A stretch of 64,000 nt of DNA, from NCBI GenBank assembly GCA_043228905.1, contig JBHGNT010000008.1, forward strand, positions 12,152,001-12,216,000. The letters run 5' to 3'. The position numbers were made by a program, and so were the translations under genes. Positions within the stretch are counted from its first letter, which is position 1. The number at the start of each line of letters is the position of its first letter. The notes beneath the pieces were generated by a model, which had not been told where the DNA came from, did not search any database, and saw only the letters and a program-made list of their open reading frames with translations. The stretch is from Azolla caroliniana (lineage: Eukaryota > Plantae > Polypodiophyta). Shown piece by piece: positions 1-12,829 of the stretch.

Positions 1-303
1 TATCTGGTTCATTATATTGTACACAGTTTTTCTACTAACGCCAATTACCTTAGATAGCACACTAATGTTAAGATCATCAACGTCACTATTAAGTAGCGTC
101 ATTAGACTAGACCTTTTTAAGACAAGATCATCTTCTGACCTGCTCATGGATATAAAACTATTACGGAGATTATTTACTAGTACAGATGTTATGTTTGCAT
201 TAAGACCATCACAATCAACTAACTCCTTTATGGATGGATCATTTAATATTCCATAAAGTACTACCTTCTTGTCTTCATTGACTGATGTGCTTGGTCTAAA
301 CAT
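1..303 (-). other. Partial ORF running off the window edge, ending in a helix-turn-helix-like motif; possibly the N-terminus of a DNA transposase
   Basis: Manual translation from the ATG at 303: MFRPSTSVNEDKKVVLYGILND...LNISVLSKVIGVSRKTVYNIMNQI with no stop to position 1. 'LSKVIGVSRKTVYNI' resembles HTH recognition helices. The same frame has stops upstream. Confidence 0.3.
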
Positions 304-721
304 TGAAATAGTCTACAACCTTTCTCTCTATGATAGTAGTCTCATTACTTCCATTCTCAGTGGTATTCAGACCTATATCGCAACCAATGCTATCTTGACC
401 TTTAGTGAATGTGGCTTTTGTATCCTTCAACAATTGATGACGTTTCCTTTTTTTTTTGTCCAATACTTTCATATCGCTTGTTGTGTCCTGATAGCGTCAT
501 CCCTATCCTGATGATCCATGAGGGGTATTGGTAAACACCCTCCTTCCCCTTCCATTTGGCTTGACATATTCATTAGTAAATTTTCACAAAAAAAGACACG
601 TAGCTAGTTACTAAACCACATGCAAACCAATTATTCACAGGGGCGATCCCACCATTGGTAAGTTTATGTTTGTTGCAGTGGAGTGAAAACTACTCAACCA
701 CCGTCAGGAACGAGGTAAGAT

Positions 722-1620
722 GACTATGGGCAACAACAATAAACAAAATTATTATGTAATACACAAGATTATACACAACAATACACAAGTTAATCAACAG
801 GTGGAACAATCATTGCAATGGAGGAGTGAACTCTGTCGGATCAAACAATGGCGGAAATCCAAGACCGAACAGTGGTGGCAACTAAGTGTAGAATGGTGGC
901 AATGGAGGAGTGAACTCCGTCAGATCGAACAGTGGTAGATGATGCTTGGAACGCACAATGGCGGAAATTGAATGTAGAATGGCGACAGTGGAGGAGTGAA
1001 CTCCCTCGGATCGAATAGTGGCAACAATCCAGGACCGAACAGTAGCGGCAACTAAGTGTAGAATGGTGGCAATGGACTATGGGCAACAACAATACACAAA
1101 ATTATTATGTAATACACAAGATTATACACAACAATACACAAGTTAATCAACAGGTGGAACAATCATTGCAATGGAGGAGTGAACTCTGTCGGATCAAACA
1201 ATGGCGGAAATCCAAGACCGAAAAGTGGTGGCAACTAAGTGTAGAATGGTGGAAATGGAGGAGTGAACTCCGTCAGATCGAACAGTGGTAGATGATGCTT
1301 GGAACGCACAATGGCGGAAATTGAATGTAGAATGGCGACAGTGGAGGAGTGAACTCCGTCGGATCGAATAGTGGCAACAATCCAGGACCGAACAGTAGCG
1401 GCAACTAAGTGTAGAATGGTGGCAATGGAGGAGTGAACTCAATAGGAGCGAACAGTGGCAGATGATGCTTGGACTGAACAATGGCGACAACTGAGTGTAG
1501 AATGGCGGCAATGGAGGAGTGAACTCCGTTGGATTGAACAATGGCAGATGATGCTTGGACCGCACAATAGCAACAATTGAGTGTAGAATGGCGGCAATGG
1601 AGGAGTGGACTCAATAGGGT
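722..1620. repeat. Higher-order tandem repeat: ~80-bp subunits within a duplicated 353-bp unit
   Basis: GACTATGGGCAACAAC at 722 and 1075 (period 353). Recurrent subunit TGGCAATGGAGGAGTGAACTC...GAACAGTGG...AAGTGTAGAATGG. Confidence 0.9.
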
Positions 1621-1879
1621 TTAGGAACAATGGCAGTAATCTAAGCCTGAATAGTCACAAAGTGATAGCCAGCGTAATGTGGCAATGGATCTTGCATAAT
1701 AGGCCTAAGAATTTGGTATATAATTTATGGTGCACATATCCATTTATGGTGCTCATTTATATAATTAAAACATTCTAATGTTTTCATTCATGGTGCAAAC
1801 ATGACTATTTATTACTGGTAGCTTTTTGCATAGCTAATTAGCTATGTCAAGGACATAACTAATTGTTTCCACTCGCATG

Positions 1880-2594
1880 CTTTCACCCATTATCACTTTA
1901 TGTGCGAGCTAGTTCTCCATGGTGAAGTGGAACTGCAATATGTTCCGACTGATCGACAAGTGATCAACGTCTTCACCAAACCTTTCAAACTTAACAAGTT
2001 GCAACAATTCTTAGGTATGCTTGGTCTTCAACACCTCAATTTGCCAAACTTGAGGGGGAGGGTCGAGGAGAGACTTGGAGTGTTGAGTGACAAGGTCAAG
2101 ATGGGCCGGATCAGTTGAAGAAGCCGAAAGCCGGATCAAACGTAGGCATGAATAAGTTGAAGAAGCCGAAAGCCAGATCGGATGTAGGCCAATCGGTTGG
2201 GCCCGAATTAGTTGAAGAAGCCAAAAGCTGAATCAAATAGAGACTGATCGGCTAGGCCAGTTCAGCAGGGAGCCGACAAGCCATTAAGGACCTATATCCC
2301 TATTTCAATAAATAGGAATATTAAAGGTTGATAGTGTCAGTAGCTCATTCATGAGCATTAAAGTACTTGTCAGTACTTCTGTTAGTCCTTTGGGGGGGAC
2401 TTGTCTTAAAGGTGCCCAATGAGCACATCATTATGTATAGAGTATTTTGTAATAGAAGTTGTTTTGTTGTCTGCTCAACTTTGTTTTTCTCTCTCTCCCT
2501 ACATTCTCAGTGTTTACCTAACTGTCTACATGTGTTCGACTGAGCCGACGGTGTCTTGTGTACTAGCTTGACGCTTCCACATCTAACTCTTTTC
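1880..2594 (+). mobile_element. Ty1/Copia 3' remnant: end of RNase H, PPT-like tract and LTR (~2081-2594)
   Basis: HYHFMCELVLHGEVELQYVPTDRQVINVFTKP matches the Copia RNase H C-terminus. TTGAGGGGGAG at ~2050. The LTR starts TGTTGAGTGACAAG (as at 38561) and ends CTCTTTTCA. Confidence 0.8.
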
Positions 2595-4225
2595 AATATA
2601 TAACATTTTTTCAATTGATTATGAAAGTGTAATTATATTGTACAAGGTACATTGTACCTCGATATAAATTATTGTTCATAGACCCAAGACCTCACAATAC
2701 TCAAATTCTAATATTAACAATGCATTTAAGTTCTAATGTATAATTAACATATTGCCAATTCAAGTCTCAAGCATTAAGTTTCGTACTATGTTCATTATAA
2801 ACTATCTTGAAGCACATTATCAATTTCACCCAAAAGAATGGCACATTATGTTCTTTTATCCATTCAAATACCTTTGCGTATTTGTGTAATCGCAATTGTA
2901 TATCAATCTTTCATTGAATCATGAAACTATAAGAAAATATCTCTTATATCCTAATCTCTCAATTATTATGGACAAGCCAAGTTTTTTATTCTAAATTTTA
3001 TGCGAATATTTGTTCACTTACCAAATAATATTTGATTCTTTTATCATAATCAATTATTAAGTTTTCCAATCTCAACCAACATTGGGTATCATTTGAATAT
3101 CTATAATTATTTATATGACACTAATGTGTTCTGATCTCAAACAACATTTGGTTAGTTAACTAGTTTCCCAATCTTGATTCTTAACCAACATTAGGTATTT
3201 AACTAAAGTTTTGCAATATCAACATAACGAAATATCTTCCATCACAACCGGCATTTTAGCTAGCATTTGTGAGCACATATTTGAGGCATCGATTTGGCTA
3301 TTTTGGGAACTATTAGTGCCCTCTTTTTACCACTTGTTTCTTAAAGGAATGTACAACATGGTTTTAATGTAGTCTATGTCCAATGGAATTAAAGACTATG
3401 GATACAAGCCACTACGTTTAAGGGAGCTTTAGTGATGCCCCTACTACCCAATTTGATCATATACATAATGAATTTGCTTTTTAATAGAGAATATGAAGTG
3501 GTGCATCTATGATGTGGGGGATTGGTGTTATGGTATATTGATCATTGAAAAAGGTGGAACTTGTATGTTACAAGGTTCTTAGTACATGCCCATATTGGCC
3601 TTAAAATTGTTCTTCACAAGTATATAAGCATAGCTATTTTTGGAAGTGTAGGAATATTTATAAGATCTCAAAAATCCTACCTAAAGTTTGACATATTTCT
3701 ATATAATTTGCTAATTTCTATTGATATCTACACTCATTTTTGTTTATTGTTAGTTTAGCTTCTAACATGTCACACATGTAGGTTTTGGGACCTATGAGAG
3801 GCATTATCACAATCTCTACAAGCACAATCACAATTATCATGTACTTTACAATGACTAAGGATAGTGTCTAGATCAACAAATCTGAGAACAAAGGATGAAC
3901 AATTCCTCAATCTACACAACAACTAGTAGTTCAAAACAACTATTAATTGCTTCTCTAGTGAGGTTCACAAATGTAACAAGTCCCAATTTTGAAACTCGAA
4001 TGTATTGGGATGTTGTTGAATTCTACTTTTTTCCTCAATAGAGCATCCTTGAATTAACCCACCTCCACATTATACCATACACTAGAATACTTCGTTATAA
4101 TTTATATTCTACTTGTATACCACCATAATGATGAACATAAGATCCTTTACTACACGGCCACGTTCTCTTCCATTTCAAACGAAACATAGAAGTTAGCATT
4201 TACCTTTTTCTTAAGGTTACCCGTC

Positions 4226-4675
4226 GGTTTTATAGTAATCAAGAAAACAACAAATAACATACCCTTTGTAAACATGCTAACGACCTACACAAATATAAAA
4301 GGTACAAATTACAAGAAAATAATTTGAAACAGCTTGAATGCCTTAGACGATACCACACTCAAGGCGTATCAAAATAATAATGGTTAAAGGAAAACAAGAA
4401 CCTATTATTAAATTGACCTACACCAACTCACGTGAACGGTATTGCAATATTGGTTTTATAGTAATCAAGAAAACAGCAAACAACATACCCTTTATAAACA
4501 TGGTAAAGACCTACACAAATATAAAGCTACAAATTACAAGAAAATAATTCGAAGCAGCTTGAACGCCTTAGATGATACCACACTCACACAAGGCGCATTT
4601 AAATACTAATGGTCAAAGGAAAACAAGAACCTAATATTAAATTGACCTACACCAACTCACGTGAGGGGTATTGAC
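4226..4675. repeat. Diverged ~226-bp tandem duplication downstream of the STP gene
   Basis: GGTTTTATAGTAATCAAGAAAAC...ACACCAACTCACGTGA occurs at 4226 and 4452. Confidence 0.9.
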
Positions 4676-5022
4676 ATAACGATGATCAATGGTGAAGATG
4701 AACACAATATTAAATTGACCTAAGCAAGTTAGTGTTCTACGAAACCTTAAACTTCTTGGGACCTAAACCATATGATAGATTTCAATCTATTGATGAAATG
4801 TTAGAACAAATAATTGTGAACTTATAAACAGCCCTAAAATACCTCGTAATCTTTGTAGTAAATTTGAACCAATGTGATTTCACAGCCTAAATTTCTACCC
4901 TACGTTCCATTCAGCATTTCGATGGATCTTATTCTTTTGGCCTTTGATATACAGATGCAAGGTATGTACACTCTTGCCTAAAATGAGAGTTCATAACTAC
5001 CTTCCTAACATACACAATTGGA

Positions 5023-5463
5023 TTATTTTGTATGTTCCACATCTTCAATGTGTTGGGGTGTCGTGAATTTGCTCCAAAACCAATGAGATCTCCAAATATA
5101 GATGGTCTCCTCCAAAGGCACATCCTTGGTTTCTGGAAGGAGAAAATAGACGTAGAGAGTCATGATGAACTCCCAAAATGCAAAGAACAAAAATATGCCA
5201 TACTTCAATCCACAAAGCATTGACAAGAAGGCTTGAGCAATGGCAAATGTGAAAAGAAGATTCACTGACACCACGACACTTTGTCCAGCTGATCGAATTT
5301 CAAGAGGGAAAATCTCACTAGGTACAACCCATCCAAGGCCGCCCCATGATGTGGCAAACCCTAGGACAAACAAACAAATCAACAATGTCACGAGTGCCGA
5401 TAGCTCCTTGGAGAGAGTATTGCCTCCTTCATAGAATTTGGCTAGTATAACTGCAATAATAAC
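5023..5463 (-). CDS. STP exon 4
   Basis: TTTTGCAG acceptor; [10 protein letters not shown]...EDVEHTK then stop. Confidence 0.95.
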   Translation of the reverse strand, partial: VIIAVILAKFYEGGNTLSKELSALVTLLICLFVLGFATSWGGLGWVVPSEIFPLEIRSAGQSVVVSVNLLFTFAIAQAFLSMLCGLKYGIFLFFAFWEFIMTLYVYFLLPETKDVPLEETIYIWRSHWFWSKFTTPQHIEDVEHTK

Positions 5464-7793
5464 CTGCAAAAGCCCTTGGAATCATCACAATCATAGTCGC
5501 TAGGGTCAAGTACTTTCTTTTATCAATCAAAACACCAAAATACCCTAGCTTGCAGGAAGTTTCTTGAATGAAGGACAAGGTTATTCCAGGAAATACCAGA
5601 CAAGTTGGGAGTGTTTTCATGGTTTTCCCTGAGGCAGATACCTCAATAAAAAATTTCAATAATATATTTTAGTCAATATAAAGTTGCAACAAAATTTTAC
5701 GACTTACCTGACAAACCACCATTATGATCCCACCAGTGATTAACAGTACTCGCCGACCAAATCGATCCACAGTGAGTATTGTGATTATCGAGCCCACAAC
5801 CATGACACCTCCAGTGAACACTGATGCATAAAGTGACGCATTGTTGCCGAACCCCAAGGCTTGAAAAATGATTGGAGCATAGAATAGAATAGAATTGATT
5901 CCGGTAAGGATTTGGAAAATGGGAAGGCAAAGGGCCATAATCAACTGTGGCCTATTTCGGATGTGTAACAAGTTTGCAAAAGGGTGTTCGACTGAGCGCG
6001 CTATTTTACTTGCTTCCATGATATCATCAAACTCGGCTTGCACATTCTCCGTACCTCGCATTTTGATCAATACCCTCTTCCCTTCATCTAAATGCCCTCT
6101 TTCTACGAGACTATTGGGTGTTTCAAGCAGGAAAAGACCCCCTACAAACATCGCTATCGCAGGAACACTCGCTAACCCAAGCGAAATGCGCCAACCCCAA
6201 CCTTGTATATGTTGAGTACCATAGTTAACCAAATTGGCACAAAAAATGCCTACCGTTGTTGCAAGTTGAAAGAGCATATTAAGCCCACCCCGCCAATGTG
6301 GAGGCGCCATTTCTGATAGAAAAAGTGGAACAGCCTGCAAACAAACCATTTGAGTAAGCCTAGGCTTTCAGCTTAGTACATGAGGATTCGCATCATTTGT
6401 CACCTAGCTTGGTTGCACTTGGAATCAGATACACAGATAAAATGGAACCTTCTTTATGAGTCTATACTAAATCCATCAATATATGGTGACTACGACCAAT
6501 GCACATGCATAAACTTTACTGGGAGTTCTTATTAGAGAGATCCACACATGGTGATTGTAATGCAGCATGCTAAAGAGCTCAATCAGGGACCATTATTAGA
6601 CCCATTCACAAACCTCAATTAGCACATTAGATAGTCATCATATTCAAAGCCCGAAGTACCTGGTTGCCAAAGCCTACACCAATGCCCAACATTATGCGAC
6701 CTATAATCAGCATCGGAAGGTTCACAGCACCCGCATTAAGGGCAGCCCCGATGAGGAAAGTTAGGCCAGCAAGGATAATTGAGGCTCTCCTCCCATACGC
6801 CCTTGTGGTGTATGAAGCACCGAACGTCGCTATCAGCCCAGCAATATAAAGAGATGAAGTAAATGCTGCAAGCTTCTGATTATCATACTTGCAATAATGC
6901 TCACTATGAGAAGACTGATAATTCTTCTTGGCATACACCGTGGGAAAGAATTTTCTCAAGAAATCGTCCATTGATGTCACACCACCTATCACATAATAGA
7001 GAAGTAAATTCACCACAATCTCTTGACATGGTATTCTTTTTAAGGGTAGTTATTACAACATTAAGATACACCCTTCCAGATTTCTCACATTTTCTATTGC
7101 TGTATACATAAGCATTCATATTCACATCAAACAATGATTTTTCTAATGCTTTCAAATACAATATAGAGGTTTTCCTGATTAGATTACTACAAAGCATATC
7201 TACTACGCGTGTGCTACTATTGCAAGTACCCTTTACAAATTTGTGCAATCCATATGGAAAAAAGGCTTAATCTATAGGTATCGTTTGATGGAATTATTTG
7301 TAATTTTGCACTTTTTCCATGTTAAAACGTCAAGCTAAGCATGAAAATTCTACCAGTCAGTATCAAGTATCCACAAATTTGAGCAACTGTTGTGGTAAAA
7401 CGTAAATCTTCTTCATGCACAGAACACTTCTATTTGTGCAAATTGAATTGCAAAAAATCATATTCTCAAAGGCTCTGATACTATAGATCCCCAAATTTGT
7501 GCAATTTCTGAATTGTAAACAAAAAATTAAAAACTTTATCCACATCCCATTTCTATGAAAGAAAAACAAAAGAGCTTAATTTAATGAATTGCAGATGGTT
7601 AAAACCTTGTTGCTTGGTCTTCTATAATCAAACAAGAGAGAGAATTGTGAGAGAAGATACCAGATATGCCAATATCGTAGCCAAAGAGAGCCCCCCCCAA
7701 AGCAGCAAGAAGGCATGTGAAAGCTACAAATATGGTTAGTTTTCCTTCATATTGTGGAGCTCTCACAGAAGGAATAATCAGAGCACCTGCCAT
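5023..7793 (-). CDS. Sugar transport protein (STP/MST family, MFS hexose/H+ symporter; STP7/STP14-like), 508 aa. Exons 7661-7793, 6660-6985, 5708-6334, 5023-5463
   Basis: All three introns are GT-AG. Exons sum to 133+326+627+441=1527 nt (509 codons, no internal stop). Motifs [79 protein letters not shown] and LLPETK. Confidence 0.96.
5708..6334 (-). CDS. STP exon 3
   Basis: TTGCAG acceptor; [11 protein letters not shown]...IIMVVCQ; GTAAGT donor. Confidence 0.95.
6660..6985 (-). CDS. STP exon 2
   Basis: AG acceptor at 6986-6987; [15 protein letters not shown]...GVGFGNQ; GT donor at 6659. Confidence 0.95.
7661..7793 (-). CDS. STP exon 1
   Basis: ATG at 7793; MAGALIIP...FGYDIGIS; phase-1 GT donor at 7660. 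Confidence 0.93.
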
Positions 7794-7932
7794 TTATTAA
7801 TCCCTTAAAATTAAGCCTAACAAAAAACGAAAAGGGAACCCTTATAGAAACTTAATGGAGCCCAAGAAGAAAAACTCTGGAAACCCCTCAAAACCCCTAA
7901 ATTTATGAAATCTGTGTGAACAGAGAAACAGA

Positions 7933-8442
7933 GAAGGGAAGGGAAGGGAAGGGAAGGGAAGGGAGTTCTTCTTCTTCTCTTTGTGTGTGTCTCTGGAGAG
8001 AGAGAGAGAGAGAGAGAGAGATGGATTTGACTCTCCATCTTTCTTTCTATATGTATAATGTATGACTGACTATGACTATGTATGTATAACTCTCTCTCTC
8101 TCTCTCTCTCTGCGTTTCAACTCAAACCGAACTCTACTTTTACTTTCCGGAGTCGTCCTGAAATAAGAAGGAAACGCCCCAAAAGCTGTAACTTGTCTAT
8201 TATTAAATTACTAGTCATCCAGAAATATGTACATACAAAAAAACAAACACACACGGATGGATGGTGTCCCCACCAAACATAGATATTAGCCCAAATATGT
8301 AGCTCCTCCCTTCCATATCCACCACACACACACACACACACACTCACTCACTCACTCACTCACTCACTCATGCTTGGTTCCAACAAACTTCTGATCGCTA
8401 TTGGTTCACACACTTCTTCGTCTTCTTCTTCTTCTTCTTCTT
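7933..8442. repeat. Microsatellite cluster in the STP 5' UTR/promoter: (GGGAA)n, (GA)n, (TC)n, (CA)n, (CTCA)n, (TTC)n
   Basis: Visible directly at ~7934, 7997, 8090, 8322, 8342 and 8421. Confidence 0.9.
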
Positions 8443-9820
8443 GGTGCTGCCATTCCCCGTTTCCCACTATCAATCCATCCTGTCTATTCATACTCCACTA
8501 TTCACTATGATATCCCTCATGGTCCACACCCCCCTCCTCGCAATACCGCACAATAGGGTATCTCCACCATTTTGGTGTCATTGTCCCTTGATCTTCCATC
8601 GCTCCCAATATTAATTGGAGCAACTATTTTGTTATCACAAAGTGTGGTGTTCTTTATTCTTCTTACTAATGAAATAGGTACATATTATCATCAGGCAACA
8701 TGGTGGGTAATAGGTGTGATTTGTTTCACACCATACTTACTCGAGTAAATGCTCTTTATTGCATTGTGTATTGAATATTCATCTTGAGCCTCAATCGTAA
8801 CATGCACAAGATATTGTCACAACATATTTACACTTGGACATATCATGCATGTACCAACTAATTGTGTGGATGTGTGTCATAGCTAAATTGCATTTGTGCG
8901 GAGGTTGATTGATGTTATTTGCTTCATATCCAATATATTAGACAATACCTGAACATCTACCATGTGTGACTCTGGAAAGAAATTTAGATGTCACTTAAGA
9001 TTTTAATAGGGGGAAGAAGGTTTTGTCTCTCATGTTTTGGATGAAAGTGAAGAAGAAGATTGGTAATAGACAAAAGGCCCATGGAAATCTTTGTGTATTC
9101 CCTTTAACATGTATGCTCTCTTTAGAATGTACAGTCTCTTTAAATTGTACATTATTTGGTAAAGCATTTTTTGTGTTGGGCATGTGATGGTGATGGAGTG
9201 AGAGATTGACGACATTGTACATACAACCAATCACATTGTTTGTCACAAGTGTTGATTTCTTTGTTGAATGATAAATCATATGTTTCACGAGGCCATTAGC
9301 ATCCACACACACACACACACAACATACTTTTGGTAAGTGCACTAGTTCCCTTTATACATTTGCTCATGAAACAAATGGCATTGACCATATGTTAACATAG
9401 GGAGGGCCACAACTCCTTGCACCGAATTCATCACTGGTCTTAAAAATACAAATTGAATTTGAGTGTATGGATTAGAACTTCTCCATTTGAAAGTATTAAG
9501 TTTTAGCCATTAACGAAAAGTTTACTAAATTATTTTGAAAGTTGCTTATTCTTTAGCTAACAGATATTCATTGGAAAAGTGACATATCAAGTCTAAGTAG
9601 GGATCACATAAAATGTTGATTGGCATTGACGTTGGTTTCGGAAAATAGAAATATTGACCTCTTCAGGGTTCAAAACTTCATTTTAATTTCCAAAAATATA
9701 ATCTTAGAATTCTTATTATCTTGTTTTTTCAACTATAATGAAGACGTAATTTAAATTAGTCGCATCTTTATACGATATTGCATTATGTTTTTCTTCACAA
9801 ATGTTTTGTTTTCTCAAAGA

Positions 9821-10373
9821 CTTTAGCCGGCCGGATCAACTGACTAAGCTGGCCAAAGTATGTAGGTCGACAAACTAGTAAATGATAGTTAAAATAGGAG
9901 TCGAAGTCGTAGTCGTAGCAGAACAAGTCTGAAAGTGAATAGTTGAATAATAAGTATTATTACCAAGTAGGAAAAATAGGACATTTAGTTGTAACTGTAG
10001 GTTCTTGCCAAATGACAATTGTATTATCTTGGGAAAGTTTCTCACGTCGCCCATAAAAAGGGACCGAGAGCATTGTAACATCATCGATCTGTATTGCTAT
10101 AAGTTTGATATAATTTTTTTGTTAGAGTATATTCTATATTGTGGACTACTATTTCAGATTCTCTTACTCATAATGCATATAGCTAACGGTTGATTAGAAT
10201 AGTATTTTGATAATCATAGTGATCGAGTATGGTAATTTGGGGTATATGTTTATGTTTCATTGTGTTTAAGCATTCATCGAGCAGAGTCGACCGAATCCAA
10301 TCTCCAACCACAATCTCGTTGATAGAACAACTCGATAAGTAAGTCGTTCAACCCTTTGTGTCTATCGACTAGG
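9821..10373 (+). repeat. 5' LTR of the old Gypsy (ends approximate)
   Basis: Aligns along its length with 24793-25347; TATA-like CATAAAAAG at ~10052. Confidence 0.85.
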
Positions 10374-10378
10374 AATGG

Positions 10379-12480
10379 ATGTCGCCTCCTCAACCTAGTA
10401 TAGAAGAGCCCGTCGGAAGCAGACAACCACGCATGAGATCGGAGAGCTGACATGGACAAGGAAATAATTCGAGTAACTTGGAGTTTGTCGACAAGAACCT
10501 ACAGGGGCCTCAAGATGAATCCTTGAGTTACTAACCAACGGTAGTAGTTTGGACGGGGAATCGTCCGACCAGCACCGACACCTACTTGATTTGGTAGAAC
10601 TTTTAGGGGAAGAGACAATGTCGTACCCCTATCCTAAATACAATGGTGAAGCAGATGCAGAAGCGCACATGCATGCTTTCCTCACGACATGGCAAGCTAA
10701 CCACGTCTCATAAAGTCTGTCAGAAGCGGATGTTGATAAATCATAGCAGAATTCAGATTGTCGCTAGAAGGGGCAATCAACGAATTGGTACTCACAGCAT
10801 GAAGAAGGTGAGTTTGAGTCACTTAAGCAATTAACTAGTAAATTTATCAGATTATTTCATCGGCAAATACCAAAGAGGGAACTCATGAGCCAATTCTATG
10901 CGGCTTACCAAGAAGCTCAAGAAACAGTTCCACAATTCCTCATTCAGTTTCAAAATCTTTGGAGGTAGTTAGCACGACCCCCTCTTGAGGAAGATGTGAA
11001 GGATACTTTTTTATCAGCACTCCGAGACCCACTCTGGACCACATTAGCCATTTTTTATTTTAAGGAACAATAACTAGAATAGGTAATTGACAAAGTACTC
11101 ACAATGGATAAAACACAAACAAGTAATAGTATGTATATGATGTCACTACAAAAATCATTACCAAATCCAGAGGAAGTAAGGTTCCGACAAGCAATTCAAT
11201 GCACCACATGCTTGAATCCGGGGCATTCTACAGTAGAATGCACACTACAAACACATTGTACAATCTGCCATTCGAAGGCACACACAATCGACCAGTGTAA
11301 TAGAATCTCTTGAATAACGTCGCGCCTCCAGTAAGGCAAGTAGAACCACTTGATGATTGCACAGATGACAGAAATCGGAAAACGCATTGTTTTCGAGAAA
11401 ACGATCGACCAAGATATGAGGATCATTTTCGATGAGATCATAATCAACAAGATGATTATAGAAGAGATGAGCATCACGACAATTATCGAGGGGATAATAA
11501 TCTCCAAGAAGATTAAAGAAGGGACAGTCATCACAAATATGATCGTGATTACTCACCTCATTATTGTGCGGAATAGCGCTTGGCCATAACCGAAACTCAA
11601 ACACTTTATGAAAGAACAAAATAGAAATGGATGTTCGTACACTTACATAGAAGAGATGACACATGATGTTTACGTGGAAAACCCTAATAGGGAAAAACCA
11701 CGGGAGCCCACAGACTCCAACTATCACTATATGAGAAAGGAGGTACAATAGAAGACACAAAGGCAATGACCTCGAGCTTTGTACCTTCACCAACCGGCGA
11801 CTTCTCTTCTGTGTGTGTGTGTGTGTGTGTGTGTACAGAGGCAACTGCTACCTTCTAACTTTTCAATAATGATCACTAACACTATAAGATTTGCCCTAAT
11901 TGCTTATATACTAGTACAACTTTCGGACTATTTACAAGTATAGCCCATAGAGGCTTATTTCGACTATTTACAAATATAGTCTCCCGAGTTGGCTATCTAC
12001 ATGATTTCGGTTTCGACCTCAGCCTATCGGCCTCGGGCGATTTCCTCATCCACTTGGCTCTTCTCTCTTCCCATCCGAAGGGACCTGTTTCCCAACAACT
12101 ATGATAGAAATGATCGACGTTCATACAAAGTATTAGAACATCAAGAGGACAGACGCTATTACGATCAATGAAGGAATGATGACAATCAACAAACTAATCG
12201 TCGATTCTTAGGCAGTGATGAACGTAGCGATGAGAATAGACGACCAAAGTCATCTAGGCAGTTTCAATATAACCTTCGAGTTTGAGAGGAACTAGAGCAA
12301 CAAGATTTTTGACAATCTTATTTCAAAAAAGGGGAAGCTAGTGAACAGGCCAAACCTATCTACTATATTTGCCGAAAGGAAGGTCATTATGCAAATCAAT
12401 GTCCGACAAAGGAAAAGGGTAAAGTCTCAATAGTAAATATGGTAACTGTAGAGGTACAACAAGTTACGACTTGAAGCAAA
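10379..12480 (+). pseudogene. Gypsy gag pseudogene with three CCHC zinc knuckles
   Basis: CTTCLNPGHSTVEC and CTICHSKAHTIDQC at ~11200-11298; degenerate YYICRKEGHYANQC at ~12361-12402. Confidence 0.75.
11565..12097. mobile_element. Probable 533-bp solo LTR inserted in gag
   Basis: TG...CA ends; flanks ATTAT/ACTAT (4/5 TSD match). Removal restores the reading DRDYSPHY-DRNDRRSY. Confidence 0.65.
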
Positions 12481-12829
12481 ACCAAGTAGTCATAATGGGA
12501 AACACAAGAAGAAATCCATAAGGCTGGTAAGGATTGGGTAGAGGAAGTCAATAAGAACAATGAAGACAGAATGCTTCGAGAAAATAAGGAAATAAATGAT
12601 GTGCCAGGAAAGTCGAAAATCAGAATAGAACTAACAACAACAAAATGCATCATGGCAAGTCATCGCCAATTGCCAAATCACGTTACCTCTGGTAGGATTA
12701 CTTAAATTAGTGCCCAGATTTACGGAAAAATTCACCAACATAATCACAAAGAAGGATTCAGAACGAGTTTCCATCAATTTTAGTAATCTAATTACGGAAC
12801 CGACAATTATGGATGAACAAATTTCTTCA

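Noticed and set aside
722-1620. CRISPR-like appearance of regularly spaced repeats
   Set aside because: The intervening segments are themselves repeated rather than unique spacers; the context is eukaryotic and no cas genes are present.
5032-7248. Short antisense and alternative-frame ORFs over the STP gene
   Set aside because: Shadows of the real exons with no independent motifs.
10075-10385. Self-priming in the old Gypsy (ACATCAT near TATA vs AATGGATGT after the LTR)
   Set aside because: Complementarity is short and gapped and the LTR end is uncertain; not distinguishable from chance.
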